DNA of 64,000 nucleotides from a virus (lineage: Duplodnaviria > Caudoviricetes), in IMG/VR virus record IMGVR_UViG_3300046460_000097. The stretch is one strand, 5' to 3'. A model generated the notes under the pieces. That model saw only the letters and a list, made by a program, of their open reading frames with translations. It was not told the origin of the DNA and ran no database searches. Below, piece by piece: positions 37,154 through 46,204 of the stretch (the stretch's first letter is position 1; every line of letters starts with the position of its first letter). Both the position numbers and the translations under genes were made by a program.

Positions 37154-37572
37154 GCCAACAAACTGTGTTCTTGTTTCTCCAGAAGCTGCAACTGGAAGAA
37201 CGCCTTGTACCTGGCATCATCATGGTCAAGAACAGCAATGGGTTCGGTGACAGTCTTGCCAGTAAGTTTGTTTCGGTGGACGACGAGACTGAAGCAGAGA
37301 TCAATGCTTACTCTAAAACCCTGAATGACGATGAGCAGAAGTTTCTGGTTCGTGTGGTGGGTAAGCGAGCTGATCTGTTTAAGCCTTCGCCTGAAGATTT
37401 GATTCCTCAGGTGCCGGAGATGGAGGTGGGTGGTTATAAGAACAACCCGCTTAAGTCGTCGAGTGATGTTACTAGTCACCCGTCTGGTACAGTTACACGG
37501 GCGTGGGCGCGGTTGTTTGGAAGGACCAAGGCTTACTTCGGTAAAACTCCAAAGGGTAAAGGGGGTGCGTGA
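37150..37572 (+). CDS. Hypothetical protein (140 aa)
   Basis: ATGA overlap; GGAG RBS. Confidence 0.7.
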   Translation: MSQQTVFLFLQKLQLEERLVPGIIMVKNSNGFGDSLASKFVSVDDETEAEINAYSKTLNDDEQKFLVRVVGKRADLFKPSPEDLIPQVPEMEVGGYKNNPLKSSSDVTSHPSGTVTRAWARLFGRTKAYFGKTPKGKGGA

Positions 37573-37757
37573 TGGGATGGCTTCGTACTGTTAATGTGCA
37601 TGGGGATCACAAGGTCAAGATTGTGCCTCAGTGTGTTTACCAGCGTGGCAACTACGATCTGCAAGAGTTTGGTTTCGTCGATCGTTATTCCAAGACCATT
37701 CAAATGATTTGCGTACATGGTCGTAACGACCCTCTTTTATCGCACCGGGGTAAGTAA
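37569..37757 (+). CDS. Small hypothetical protein (62 aa)
   Basis: Overlaps the upstream stop; fills the gap. Confidence 0.5.
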   Translation: MMGWLRTVNVHGDHKVKIVPQCVYQRGNYDLQEFGFVDRYSKTIQMICVHGRNDPLLSHRGK

Positions 37758-37758
37758 T

Positions 37759-38406
37759 ATGAATTGGTTTGTGCATGGTACAACTTCTAAGCACGTCGGC
37801 TTTATTCGCGATGGTAATGCTTGTGAAGGCGGTAACTGCGAACACTTGACGGATGGTGACCAAGCTTACGGTCAGTCGTCTGAGTGCGATAGCTTCGGTA
37901 GCGAAGTTTATCTGATGTGCAAAGAGTGCTACGAGAAGTTCCTCGTAGATCGTGTAACTGAGCTGGTCGATTGCGATGACTGCGGGATGGACTTACCCCG
38001 CAATGAAACGAGAAGTTATATTCCTTATTCGGTGGACGAACTCCCTCGGATAAAGTTTCAAAAGACCATCTGCAACACGTGCTGGGAAATGCCTCAGCAT
38101 CAAAGGAGATTGGAAGTCGACAAGGAAGATCGTGCAGCAGATGAGCGCGAGTTGGCTGAGAACAATGATGAGTTCTGGGACGGCGACGACATCGATGATG
38201 ATGACTTCGACGATCTGGAAGATGAAGATCGTATCCCGGACGATCAGGACATGGATTCTTTACTGTGTGTGTACGATACAGGACACCCAGTGAAGCGTGA
38301 GATCTTTAACCGGGAATTTAACGGGGACGTTCATTTATTGCACGTCTACTCGAAAACCATTCAACGTATCGTTGTCGGTCCTAAGGGGGAAGTGAATCAT
38401 GGCTAA
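37759..38406 (+). CDS. Cys-rich putative zinc-finger protein with an acidic tract
   Basis: CEGGNC, CD..CKEC, CDDC, CNTC followed by DDIDDDDFDDLEDED. Confidence 0.65.
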   Translation: MNWFVHGTTSKHVGFIRDGNACEGGNCEHLTDGDQAYGQSSECDSFGSEVYLMCKECYEKFLVDRVTELVDCDDCGMDLPRNETRSYIPYSVDELPRIKFQKTICNTCWEMPQHQRRLEVDKEDRAADERELAENNDEFWDGDDIDDDDFDDLEDEDRIPDDQDMDSLLCVYDTGHPVKREIFNREFNGDVHLLHVYSKTIQRIVVGPKGEVNHG

Positions 38407-39217
38407 TAAACACACTGCTGCAAGTGATGCCGAGTTTCTTAAGCAGATGGAGGCCGACGGTCTTCCCCCTGACTATTACACGGTACGCGCCAAGCCCGGC
38501 ACTATCGAAGCAATCTTCGGAGAGCTTCCGTACTCTACTGCCACTGATCTTCGTCAAGCGGCGATGGACGCTGTTAACTGTACTGGTCGGGATCTGTTTG
38601 ATCCTAACCATGCATTTAACATTCGTCAACGTCGTGAAGCGGCTGTGGCTGCTGGTCACCTCAATGCGGACTTCGATGGTGATGATCCTATCCCGTCACC
38701 TTTCCGCGGTGTAACACTGGCTCGCTGCGAGTTCAAGGGCGAGCCTTATCGTTTGACGCTGGACGTTGGTAAACCGTTGTTGATCTTCTACCGTGGCGAG
38801 TCGGCAGAACTGGATAAACGATTCTCGTCGAATATCCGTTCTATCGTTGTGCGTAAGCGACGGTCTGCACTGGAAGAGTTGATGATTGGCATCTGTCAGC
38901 AACATCTCTGTGGGAAAGTCGAGCAGAGTGTTATCGACGCGATGAGCAAACACTTCATCGATGTTCCTCCGATGTGGGAAGGTGGGATAACGAGGCACCT
39001 TCTTCCACCAGCAGAAGCAAAACGTCGTGTTCCTATCGTCGACGACATCAGCATCAACTTCCTTGATGTGTACGTCGGTCCATCTCGCGGCGGTGTCGGT
39101 GGTCATGTAGATCCTGGGGTGGGTGATATCCACATCAACCTCAAGGACTACACTGTACGACCACTTCGTGTAGAACATCGTTTCAAACCTCTGGCCGAAC
39201 TGCGTAAGGATAAGTGA
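38399..39217 (+). CDS. Hypothetical protein (272 aa)
   Basis: Operonic overlap. Confidence 0.7.
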   Translation: MANKHTAASDAEFLKQMEADGLPPDYYTVRAKPGTIEAIFGELPYSTATDLRQAAMDAVNCTGRDLFDPNHAFNIRQRREAAVAAGHLNADFDGDDPIPSPFRGVTLARCEFKGEPYRLTLDVGKPLLIFYRGESAELDKRFSSNIRSIVVRKRRSALEELMIGICQQHLCGKVEQSVIDAMSKHFIDVPPMWEGGITRHLLPPAEAKRRVPIVDDISINFLDVYVGPSRGGVGGHVDPGVGDIHINLKDYTVRPLRVEHRFKPLAELRKDK

Positions 39218-39218
39218 C

Positions 39219-39446
39219 ATGCCGGCATGGGCTTATGTAATCGAAATACTCATCGCGGTGTTGGCGGGTGGTTATTGTCACATTTATACCGTGGTGTCTA
39301 CTGAAATGAAACCTTCCGGTAAAGAAGCATTCAAAGCGGCCGCTCTCGCGTGGTTCTTCTTTGTTGTTCTCGTTACCATCATTCTGCACATGGGCTGGGT
39401 GTTGAGAACAATCACACTCGGCTTCATCTCCTACGACTTCTATTAA
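39219..39446 (+). CDS. Small two-TM membrane protein (75 aa)
   Basis: Two hydrophobic helices; AAGGA RBS. Confidence 0.7.
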   Translation: MPAWAYVIEILIAVLAGGYCHIYTVVSTEMKPSGKEAFKAAALAWFFFVVLVTIILHMGWVLRTITLGFISYDFY

Positions 39447-39464
39447 CACAGGGAAAAATAACAA

Positions 39465-39740
39465 ATGGCAAAGGTAATGATCCAACAGAAGCTGGGTCTG
39501 GATAGCTTCCGTAAACTCACCGACCAGATCAAGGCGGAAGGTGTTCATGTGGTAATCTCGGATGGTCGAGATATGAGCACTCGCGCAGTACTTCAGCCAG
39601 ACGTTATCTGCAAGGTGCAGAGCGCGTTTAACCTCGGCAAGAAGATCGATGTACTGTTCGACCGCCAAGATGTCTTGACGAAAGGCTACGAATTCCACTT
39701 CACGAAGTTCAACGATGTGTTTTACCTCGTTCGGAAGTAA
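39465..39740 (+). CDS. Hypothetical protein (91 aa)
   Basis: AGGGA RBS; precedes a terminator. Confidence 0.7.
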   Translation: MAKVMIQQKLGLDSFRKLTDQIKAEGVHVVISDGRDMSTRAVLQPDVICKVQSAFNLGKKIDVLFDRQDVLTKGYEFHFTKFNDVFYLVRK

Positions 39741-39751
39741 CTGAGCAACAT

Positions 39752-39790
39752 CCTCTCCCTTAAGTCGGGCCAACAGGCTTGAGGGAGAGG
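39752..39790 (+). terminator. Long-stem terminator hairpin
   Basis: CCTCTCCCTTAAG/CTTGAGGGAGAGG plus TTT. Confidence 0.7.
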
Positions 39791-39832
39791 TTTACTACTT
39801 TAATTTTTTGCTACTGCTAGGAGTAAAAGGGA

Positions 39833-40474
39833 ATGTCTAAATACACAAAGGGAACGGTTAACTTTGATCCACTTATTGTGCTGGGTAAAGACTTCCTGCA
39901 CGGTCCTTACAAGAGTGCTACGACCGCGTTTGAGTACGCGTTCGAAGTCAAGCCATTCCTGTCTAAGGCTAAGCAGAAGAAAGGCGAGCCAGAGAAGTAC
40001 GACTACACGTGGTCCGGTCATTTCAACCTGATCATGAACTCGATCCGCATTCACCTCCATCAGCCGTCTGACGATCACGGTCTGGTGGATCAAGAGCAGA
40101 AGCTCAACATGGCCAAAGAGAAGCTTGACTTCTTCCTCAAGGAGATCAAGACTCGTTACAAGACACCGGCCAAGGGCTCTATGCAAGAACGTCACTGGTT
40201 GAACAAGCTGGACTCCGGTTACACGGGTTACGTGGCGTTGAACATCGATGAGAACGGTGGGGGTACCTTCTCTATTGCTGATTGCCACAAGACCATCATC
40301 TACTGGTGCGATGTGTGGCTGGATCCTCTCGGTAAACCGATGAAGAGTGATGATGCTCGTACCAACACCATCAAGAGCCTCGAAGGTTTGTCCAAAGGTT
40401 TGGGGCGTGCTATCAAGGCCATTCAGGAACTGCGTAAGTTCTTTGAACGTGAGCTGGAAAGTACTTCGGACTAA
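39833..40474 (+). CDS. Hypothetical protein (213 aa)
   Basis: AGGAG/AGGGA RBS. Confidence 0.75.
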   Translation: MSKYTKGTVNFDPLIVLGKDFLHGPYKSATTAFEYAFEVKPFLSKAKQKKGEPEKYDYTWSGHFNLIMNSIRIHLHQPSDDHGLVDQEQKLNMAKEKLDFFLKEIKTRYKTPAKGSMQERHWLNKLDSGYTGYVALNIDENGGGTFSIADCHKTIIYWCDVWLDPLGKPMKSDDARTNTIKSLEGLSKGLGRAIKAIQELRKFFERELESTSD

Positions 40475-40487
40475 AAGAATTCAAGCC

Positions 40488-40495
40488 TACATTAT
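40488..40495 (+). promoter_or_regulatory. Variant phage promoter core (TACATTAT) upstream of GroEL
   Basis: GCCTACATTAT...GTAAACA, the same pattern as at 23255. Confidence 0.5.
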
Positions 40496-40542
40496 TAGAC
40501 TGTAAACACTATTGTTATACGTCCACTCAGGAGATTTATTAC

Positions 40543-42198
40543 ATGCAGCGATTCATGAAAATTACCGATACCCAAGACATGGTAGAAGACGTTATGATGG
40601 ACGTCGCCAAGGCTGTGGTATCCACCATGGGTCCTAATGGCAGGCTGGCACTCATCTCCGTCGGTACCAACAAGAAAGTAACCAAAGATGGTGTAACGGT
40701 TGCTCGGTCTATCAAGTTCGAAGACCCCTTCAAAGAACTGATCAACAAAGTCATCACTGAACCAGCGGTCAAGACTGACGTTGAATGTGGTGATGGTACT
40801 ACCACTACCATCCTGCTGACGGCTGAGCTGTATAGCCTGTTCAGTCAGTTCCCGGGTTACCGTGAGCAGAAGTTCATCGAGCGTCTGGGTGGTCTTCTGA
40901 TCGACGAGCTGCAGCGTATGGCTCGTGTTGTAACGGTCGGTAGCCCAGAGCTGTACCAGATGGCCCTCACGTCCTCTAACGGCGACGTAGAGCTATCCAA
41001 GGTCATCACTGACATCTATGCTCAAGCGAATGGCAAGTTCCCTGAGATCGAACTCAAGGAAGGTGTGACTCGTGCTGACAAGGTTGTACACAGTGACGGC
41101 CTGCCGGTCAAGATGGAATTCTCCAATCCATCGTTCAGCGCAACTGGTAACGGTGCCGATACTGACTTCGAACGTTATGTTCCGTTGGTAATCGACGACA
41201 ACCTGCGTTCCATGCAGCCAGATCAGGCGGTGGAGTTCTTCCGTAAGCTGTTCGACAAGTACAACTTCGGCAAGGACATTGAAGGTGTGGTCATTCCTGT
41301 ACTGCTGATTGCTCGTTCGATCGACAACAGTCTGAACAGTCTGATCATGCAGATCAACAACGTTTCGCCGAAGGTGAAGTTCATCGGCGTTCAAACCAAC
41401 TTCGGCGGTTCGGTTGGTACGTTGCTGATGCAGGACATCGCCATCATGTTGGGTGTTCCGTTCTTCAAGACGCTGGCAGATACACTGCACCAAGATGTTA
41501 AGGCGTGCACTGTTCCTCTGACTGTAGGCTCTCGTCGTTCGGTGATCCGTCCGAATGATCCGGTAACCAAGACACGTATCACTGATCGTGCCAAGGAAAT
41601 CGAAACCGAGCTGGGTACTTATGAAGCGGGCGATCGTTTCAGTATGCGTGCGAAGTTCAACGAACAACGTATGCGTAGTCTGCTTGGCGAACTGGTCACT
41701 GTGTTTGTTGGCGGTGAAACTCAGTCGGAAGTGAAAGAACGTCTGGACCGTTTCGAAGACGTGGGCAAGGCAGTTAAGTCGGCGTTGATTAACGGCATCC
41801 TGCCAGGCGTCGGTTCTGCAATGATTACTGCCGGTCAGTTCGTCTTCGGCGCACTGGATGAGCAGGAGCTGTTGGACTACCCTCCATTTCAGAAGATCGT
41901 TGACGTTATGGAGAAGATCACTTTCGCTCAATTCTTCTTGTTGATGAAGGGGATTGTTTCGGAAGACCAGATGCTCAACATCAAAGCAAATGTCATCGAC
42001 ATGGACTGCCCAGAGCCGATCCGTGTGCTGAACTTGGCAACTGGTGAATGGGGTACTCCGGCGGCGCTGGGTATCTACGATACTGCTTATGCGTCGATCA
42101 CTGCGCTGAAGGGTGGTCTGCAAACGGCCAAGATCTTGGCTAACTTGGATAGTGTTCTGCTTGGCGATAAATCGTCCGCAGTACAAATCCAGGACTAA
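40543..42198 (+). CDS. groEL: Phage-encoded GroEL-like chaperonin
   Basis: TMGPNGR, TKDGVTVA, GDGTTT, catalytic-Asp block RLDRFED, GILPGVG; no GGM tail. Confidence 0.92.
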   Translation: MQRFMKITDTQDMVEDVMMDVAKAVVSTMGPNGRLALISVGTNKKVTKDGVTVARSIKFEDPFKELINKVITEPAVKTDVECGDGTTTTILLTAELYSLFSQFPGYREQKFIERLGGLLIDELQRMARVVTVGSPELYQMALTSSNGDVELSKVITDIYAQANGKFPEIELKEGVTRADKVVHSDGLPVKMEFSNPSFSATGNGADTDFERYVPLVIDDNLRSMQPDQAVEFFRKLFDKYNFGKDIEGVVIPVLLIARSIDNSLNSLIMQINNVSPKVKFIGVQTNFGGSVGTLLMQDIAIMLGVPFFKTLADTLHQDVKACTVPLTVGSRRSVIRPNDPVTKTRITDRAKEIETELGTYEAGDRFSMRAKFNEQRMRSLLGELVTVFVGGETQSEVKERLDRFEDVGKAVKSALINGILPGVGSAMITAGQFVFGALDEQELLDYPPFQKIVDVMEKITFAQFFLLMKGIVSEDQMLNIKANVIDMDCPEPIRVLNLATGEWGTPAALGIYDTAYASITALKGGLQTAKILANLDSVLLGDKSSAVQIQD

Positions 42199-42217
42199 CC
42201 ACGAAACTGTAGTGAAT

Positions 42218-42245
42218 GGGGGTCTTCGGATCCCCTTTCTTTTTT
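42218..42245 (+). terminator. Intrinsic terminator
   Basis: GGGGGTC-TTCG-GATCCCC plus a long T-tract. Confidence 0.85.
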
Positions 42246-42263
42246 GCAATACAAGAGGTTGTT

Positions 42264-42485
42264 ATGACAAAGGAAATGGTTGAACTGCTTAAACCGTTTA
42301 GCTGTCTGTTCATTCTTATTTTGATTGCCGCTGGTGTTGGGTCGGGTAAAGATAGTTATTATCTGGCGGTGGCGTTCTACTGCTGGTACATACTTCGTAG
42401 CGGTAATGGTGTGGGTCCTGCCATTATGCGGACATTGTTGATCGTTGGTGTTGTAGCGTTACTCGAATGGGTCTTTGGTATCTAG
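42264..42485 (+). CDS. Small multi-TM membrane protein (73 aa)
   Basis: ATG 42264 after AAGAGG; hydrophobic helices. Confidence 0.7.
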   Translation: MTKEMVELLKPFSCLFILILIAAGVGSGKDSYYLAVAFYCWYILRSGNGVGPAIMRTLLIVGVVALLEWVFGI

Positions 42486-42546
42486 TCTTTAGGGCGGATT
42501 CTATGCAGGGTTTATTCCAACCTTGTGAATTCCTCGGAGAACTCCA

Positions 42547-43128
42547 ATGGCTGGTAAAACGCACATTGCGCTTTTCGTTGAACGTTTCGTCAAGTTCAAC
42601 TTGAACCGCTACGCCGGAGATCCGGAAATGTTGCCCCTATTTCAGGGACTGACTGAGTCGGATCTTCAAATCAGTGATATTGCGACACAGCCCAACGGCC
42701 GTCGTAGTGCCACGATTGTTTCTGCATCGCGTAACTTTCGCGGTAATCCGCTTCAAACTTGGACGCCTGCGCCTGCGGCGACCACGCTGGGCTTATACTT
42801 GCTCAGAAACAGTACTCCTCTGGTTGACATCAACGCATTAGAAATCCAGACCATGCCAGGTTTGTATTCCTACCTCGACGCTGGTGTGCCAAAGGTAGGT
42901 GTTGTTATTGCTTCCTCTGTTGCTGCTGGCGCTGAGAAAGCTGCGATTGAAAGCGTAGTCCGTGCTAATTTGGCCTACGATATCCCAACCATCGTTACTG
43001 TCGGTAACGACACCTTTACCCAGCTTATCGGCGACACTTTCTACGGTAATCTGGAATGGGTGAAAGGCATCGTACCAATCAAGGTGATTCCACCTACTGA
43101 CTATGGTGTCCTGACCAACCCCACGTAA
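42547..43128 (+). CDS. Putative virion structural protein, paralog of 62685..63263
   Basis: LFVERFVKFNLNRY versus LFLDRFIAYNQERY; a TATG late-promoter-like motif at 42502. Confidence 0.6.
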   Translation: MAGKTHIALFVERFVKFNLNRYAGDPEMLPLFQGLTESDLQISDIATQPNGRRSATIVSASRNFRGNPLQTWTPAPAATTLGLYLLRNSTPLVDINALEIQTMPGLYSYLDAGVPKVGVVIASSVAAGAEKAAIESVVRANLAYDIPTIVTVGNDTFTQLIGDTFYGNLEWVKGIVPIKVIPPTDYGVLTNPT

Positions 43129-43137
43129 CCGCTGTAC

Positions 43138-43175
43138 TAAATCCACCACTGGGGTCAAACCTAGTGGTGGATTTA
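43138..43175 (+). terminator. Long-stem terminator hairpin
   Basis: TAAATCCACCACTGGG/CCTAGTGGTGGATTTA. Confidence 0.75.
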
Positions 43176-43259
43176 TATGGCCGGTACACGAATATTTAAT
43201 GTAACTATGATGACTATTGTTTACACCAGAAAAAAGGTCATCATTAATAAGGAACTACC

Positions 43260-43820
43260 ATGACCGTACAAATAAAAGCAGATTTCACTACCGCGGTTGA
43301 GGTAGAGGACGAGTTCGCGTCGACTATGCGTGCTCTGGATCCAAAGTTCGCAGCATTGTTCTTAGATAAGAAAGTCGCCAAAAATACGCTGCGTGAACTG
43401 GTGTACTGCGTTGACCATCTGTACGAACTGATGGAGATCAAAGGCTGTCCGGTAAGTACGACTCTGATGAGCCCCGACACCGAGACATTCAAGATCGAAG
43501 CCTTCTTCCTGTTTAATGAATTGTTCCGCATGACGAACAACCATTCCTGGAAGATGTCTGTGGTCAACAACGAAGTAAAGGCATCTCTGCGCGATTTCTT
43601 TGCACAGGGTTACCTGACTACCATTGGGTTCTTAATGGACACACTGGGGGTGGATGAGTTCGAGTTCACGATCGACAGACGGCTGTGCTCGTTGGTACTT
43701 AACGAGATTGTCCCCGATTCGAAACTCAACGTCTTGGAGTTCTACGACTTCGAGGAAAAGATAGGGCTCAAGATTCCGTTTGCAAGGAGCCGCGCCGGTC
43801 ACTCTTTAAAGGTGAAATGA
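43260..43820 (+). CDS. Hypothetical protein, paralog of 44090..44644
   Basis: LRELVYCVDHLYE versus LQEFVYAIDVLVE; DFF..GY versus EFF..NY. Confidence 0.7.
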   Translation: MTVQIKADFTTAVEVEDEFASTMRALDPKFAALFLDKKVAKNTLRELVYCVDHLYELMEIKGCPVSTTLMSPDTETFKIEAFFLFNELFRMTNNHSWKMSVVNNEVKASLRDFFAQGYLTTIGFLMDTLGVDEFEFTIDRRLCSLVLNEIVPDSKLNVLEFYDFEEKIGLKIPFARSRAGHSLKVK

Positions 43821-43996
43821 TCATGATAGATCCAAGAGACCTGCTAGACGAAGAAGGTGAATTTAAAACAGGCATCATTGACAAGATTTATCAGCAACAA
43901 CGTAGGCGTCGTATCCGGGTATTTAGTTTGATCGCTGTTTTGTGCGTTATTGCCTTAGTAGTAGGCGCGGTGATCGGCTTTAAGGTTGGTGTTTAA
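43817..43996 (+). CDS. Small single-pass membrane protein (59 aa, not in ORF track)
   Basis: ATGA overlap; RRRRIR followed by a hydrophobic helix. Confidence 0.6.
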   Translation: MIMIDPRDLLDEEGEFKTGIIDKIYQQQRRRRIRVFSLIAVLCVIALVVGAVIGFKVGV

Positions 43997-44016
43997 GATA
44001 AGGACATCTTCAGACC

Positions 44017-44024
44017 TACATTAC
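44017..44024 (+). promoter_or_regulatory. Phage early promoter core (TACATTAC variant)
   Basis: AGACCTACATTACCTAGGGGTAG. Confidence 0.7.
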
Positions 44025-44089
44025 CTAGGGGTAGCAAAGACGCTCGTTTAATTGTGGTATTTTCCACGTTAGGTAAAAAGGGATCGAAT

Positions 44090-44644
44090 ATGTTAGAAGC
44101 ACTGAGAAGGACGGAGGATCACGATGGACTGATAACTAATAATACCGAGAGCAAAAGACTTAAGTATTTCAAGTACGTAATGAACGACGAGTTTGTGAAT
44201 GCTTTCATGGCTTCCATGGGTGACATCCACAAACTGCAAGAGTTCGTCTACGCTATCGATGTCTTGGTAGAAATTAGCAGAAGTCGTGACTTCCCTTCAG
44301 GCCGTTTGCTGAACAACGTCGACATCACTCAGAAGGCAGCATTCACACTCGGACAGCTGGCCCGGTGGACACGCGACAAATCGTTGTTCGGTTGCCAAGT
44401 AACACCCGACACAGCCGAACTCGTCGACGAATTTTTCAGTTATAACTATCCCGAGTTATTCGGTGAGTTTTTCAACAAGACCAAGTTCCCGTTTGCAGCA
44501 TTTACATTAGACGGAGTTTGGTACCAGTTGATGATCGTCAGAGAGTTCTCCGCCCTGCGCGAGTACGCAGCAGTGAAACTCATAAGCAGTCAGTCAGATA
44601 TCGCCGTCTACATTCCGTTCCTTAAATCCCGGCTAGGGCTTTGA
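44090..44644 (+). CDS. Hypothetical protein, paralog of 43260..43820
   Basis: ATG 44090 after AAGGGA. Confidence 0.7.
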   Translation: MLEALRRTEDHDGLITNNTESKRLKYFKYVMNDEFVNAFMASMGDIHKLQEFVYAIDVLVEISRSRDFPSGRLLNNVDITQKAAFTLGQLARWTRDKSLFGCQVTPDTAELVDEFFSYNYPELFGEFFNKTKFPFAAFTLDGVWYQLMIVREFSALREYAAVKLISSQSDIAVYIPFLKSRLGL

Positions 44645-44651
44645 GTGAGAC

Positions 44652-44700
44652 TATTACCCTTACTAGCACGGTGCTAGTAAGGGTAATATATTTCTTTTTT
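44652..44700 (+). terminator. Near-perfect palindromic terminator
   Basis: TATTACCCTTACTAGCAC-G-GTGCTAGTAAGGGTAATA plus a T-tract. Confidence 0.8.
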
Positions 44701-44747
44701 ACACCGCTGTAACTTTGTAACGCACTACCAACAAGGAGTTTTACCCA

Positions 44748-45686
44748 ATGACAATCCAAGAACAGGCGCCACAGGTTATCACCGAAGAGGAAATGCTTAA
44801 GCTTGCTCCGAATGCCAGTAAAGAGACAGTTAATCTTGCCTCAAACGGAGATGCTTACGTCTGGCATGAAGGCAAGGAGGGTTACCAAAACCTTGGGCAC
44901 GTTTCTACCTTGAGACCAACTATTAGCGACGGGGCTCATACCAACGAGATTCCGGTCTCTGACGTTTTGCCTGAAGCATCGTACCATTCAACACCTGCTC
45001 ATATTCCTTCTGCGGAAGAGCAGCGTGAGGCAAAGATCGTTAACAAAGCACATCCTTCACTGGATGATGTGTCTACATTGCTGGAAGGGGCCTTGCAGAA
45101 GCTTGAGGGCGAAGAAAGTGATGCTGCTTTCAAAGCACTCGATGCCTTGAAGAAGGTAAGGGTTGATCTGCGTCGTAAGCGTCGTAATACCTGGCTGCGT
45201 TGGTTGCTCTTCTGGGCGATCGTGGGTGGTGTGGTTTACGGTCTGTATAAGTGGATACCTACTCAGGTGGTGTCCGGTCGTTATACCGTACCAAAGGTAT
45301 GTTCCGCTCCTTTCGGTCCCGGGTTGATTCAAGGTATGCGCTACTACAACTATACCTACAAATCGTTGTTCGGCGTTCACTTTACTCTGGAAAGCACTGT
45401 ACGGGAAGAGACCGACGTCACCAAGAACGGGCAGGAGTTCACTATCTTTGGCTTGTCTCCTCGTAATGAGGCTGCAACCGAGGAAGAGATGGCGCTGGCT
45501 GACAAGGTATTGAAAGCTGCCGAGGTAGAAGTGGAAGGTGTTCCTAAACCACCTAAAGGTAAATGGTGGCGTATAAACGTTTGGTCGAGTGACAAAGGTA
45601 CTCAGTGGATGAAACCAGCCGAGCTGTATTTGTTCGCGTCTGAGAAGTACACCACGTTGGTTGCGTACAAAGACTTCTGCAAATGA
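44748..45686 (+). CDS. Single-pass membrane protein (312 aa)
   Basis: AAGGAG RBS; basic RRKRR then WLRWLLFWAIVGGVVYGLY. Confidence 0.75.
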   Translation: MTIQEQAPQVITEEEMLKLAPNASKETVNLASNGDAYVWHEGKEGYQNLGHVSTLRPTISDGAHTNEIPVSDVLPEASYHSTPAHIPSAEEQREAKIVNKAHPSLDDVSTLLEGALQKLEGEESDAAFKALDALKKVRVDLRRKRRNTWLRWLLFWAIVGGVVYGLYKWIPTQVVSGRYTVPKVCSAPFGPGLIQGMRYYNYTYKSLFGVHFTLESTVREETDVTKNGQEFTIFGLSPRNEAATEEEMALADKVLKAAEVEVEGVPKPPKGKWWRINVWSSDKGTQWMKPAELYLFASEKYTTLVAYKDFCK

Positions 45687-45766
45687 AGGGCATCCAACTT
45701 TACGATGGTAAAAATGTCCGTATGCTGGCGTATACGGGACGGGTTAATTACAAAGAGGCTTATGAG

Positions 45767-46204
45767 ATGAACAATCGTTATCCTAACGTCGGTACGATCG
45801 GTCATGTTGATCACAGTCGTCACACGTATTCGATTCTGCCGGAACTGGTGGACTGGAACAACGGGCTGGTTCGTGTGGGTGGTCGTATCATTCATGATCT
45901 CCGTGTTAAGGAAGAAGTTCAGCCTGAACACATGATCATCAACCCACGCACAGTTTCTGTGATGAACGAGCTCTATATGCAGTCGGCCCACACCGATATC
46001 GGCAAGAGTGTGTTCTTCCAAGACCAACGGTTGCTGGAAGATCGTCGTTCGGTGATTCCTACCAAGCAACAGATCGCCATCGACATCATCTACAACCGTC
46101 GCCTGAAACAAATGCAGGCAATGCGTAACGCGGTCGTTGTGAAGTACGACGAAGAACAAATCCAGGAGCTGTTGAATGGACAAGGTATTAAAGACGGTAC
46201 GTAG
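45767..46204 (+). CDS. Hypothetical protein with an N-terminal EF-Tu-like peptide
   Basis: AAGAGG RBS 8 nt before ATG 45767 (alternative start 45683); contains NVGTIGHVDH. Confidence 0.7.
   Translation: MNNRYPNVGTIGHVDHSRHTYSILPELVDWNNGLVRVGGRIIHDLRVKEEVQPEHMIINPRTVSVMNELYMQSAHTDIGKSVFFQDQRLLEDRRSVIPTKQQIAIDIIYNRRLKQMQAMRNAVVVKYDEEQIQELLNGQGIKDGT

Noticed and set aside
44652-44688. Recombination or invertible-element site in the 37-nt palindrome
   Set aside because: It follows a stop codon and precedes a T-tract, no recombinase is nearby and there is no second copy; a terminator is the simpler explanation.
45683-46204. Calling this gene a translation GTPase
   Set aside because: Only 10 residues match EF-Tu; the P-loop GK and the G3/G4 motifs are missing and the protein is too short.
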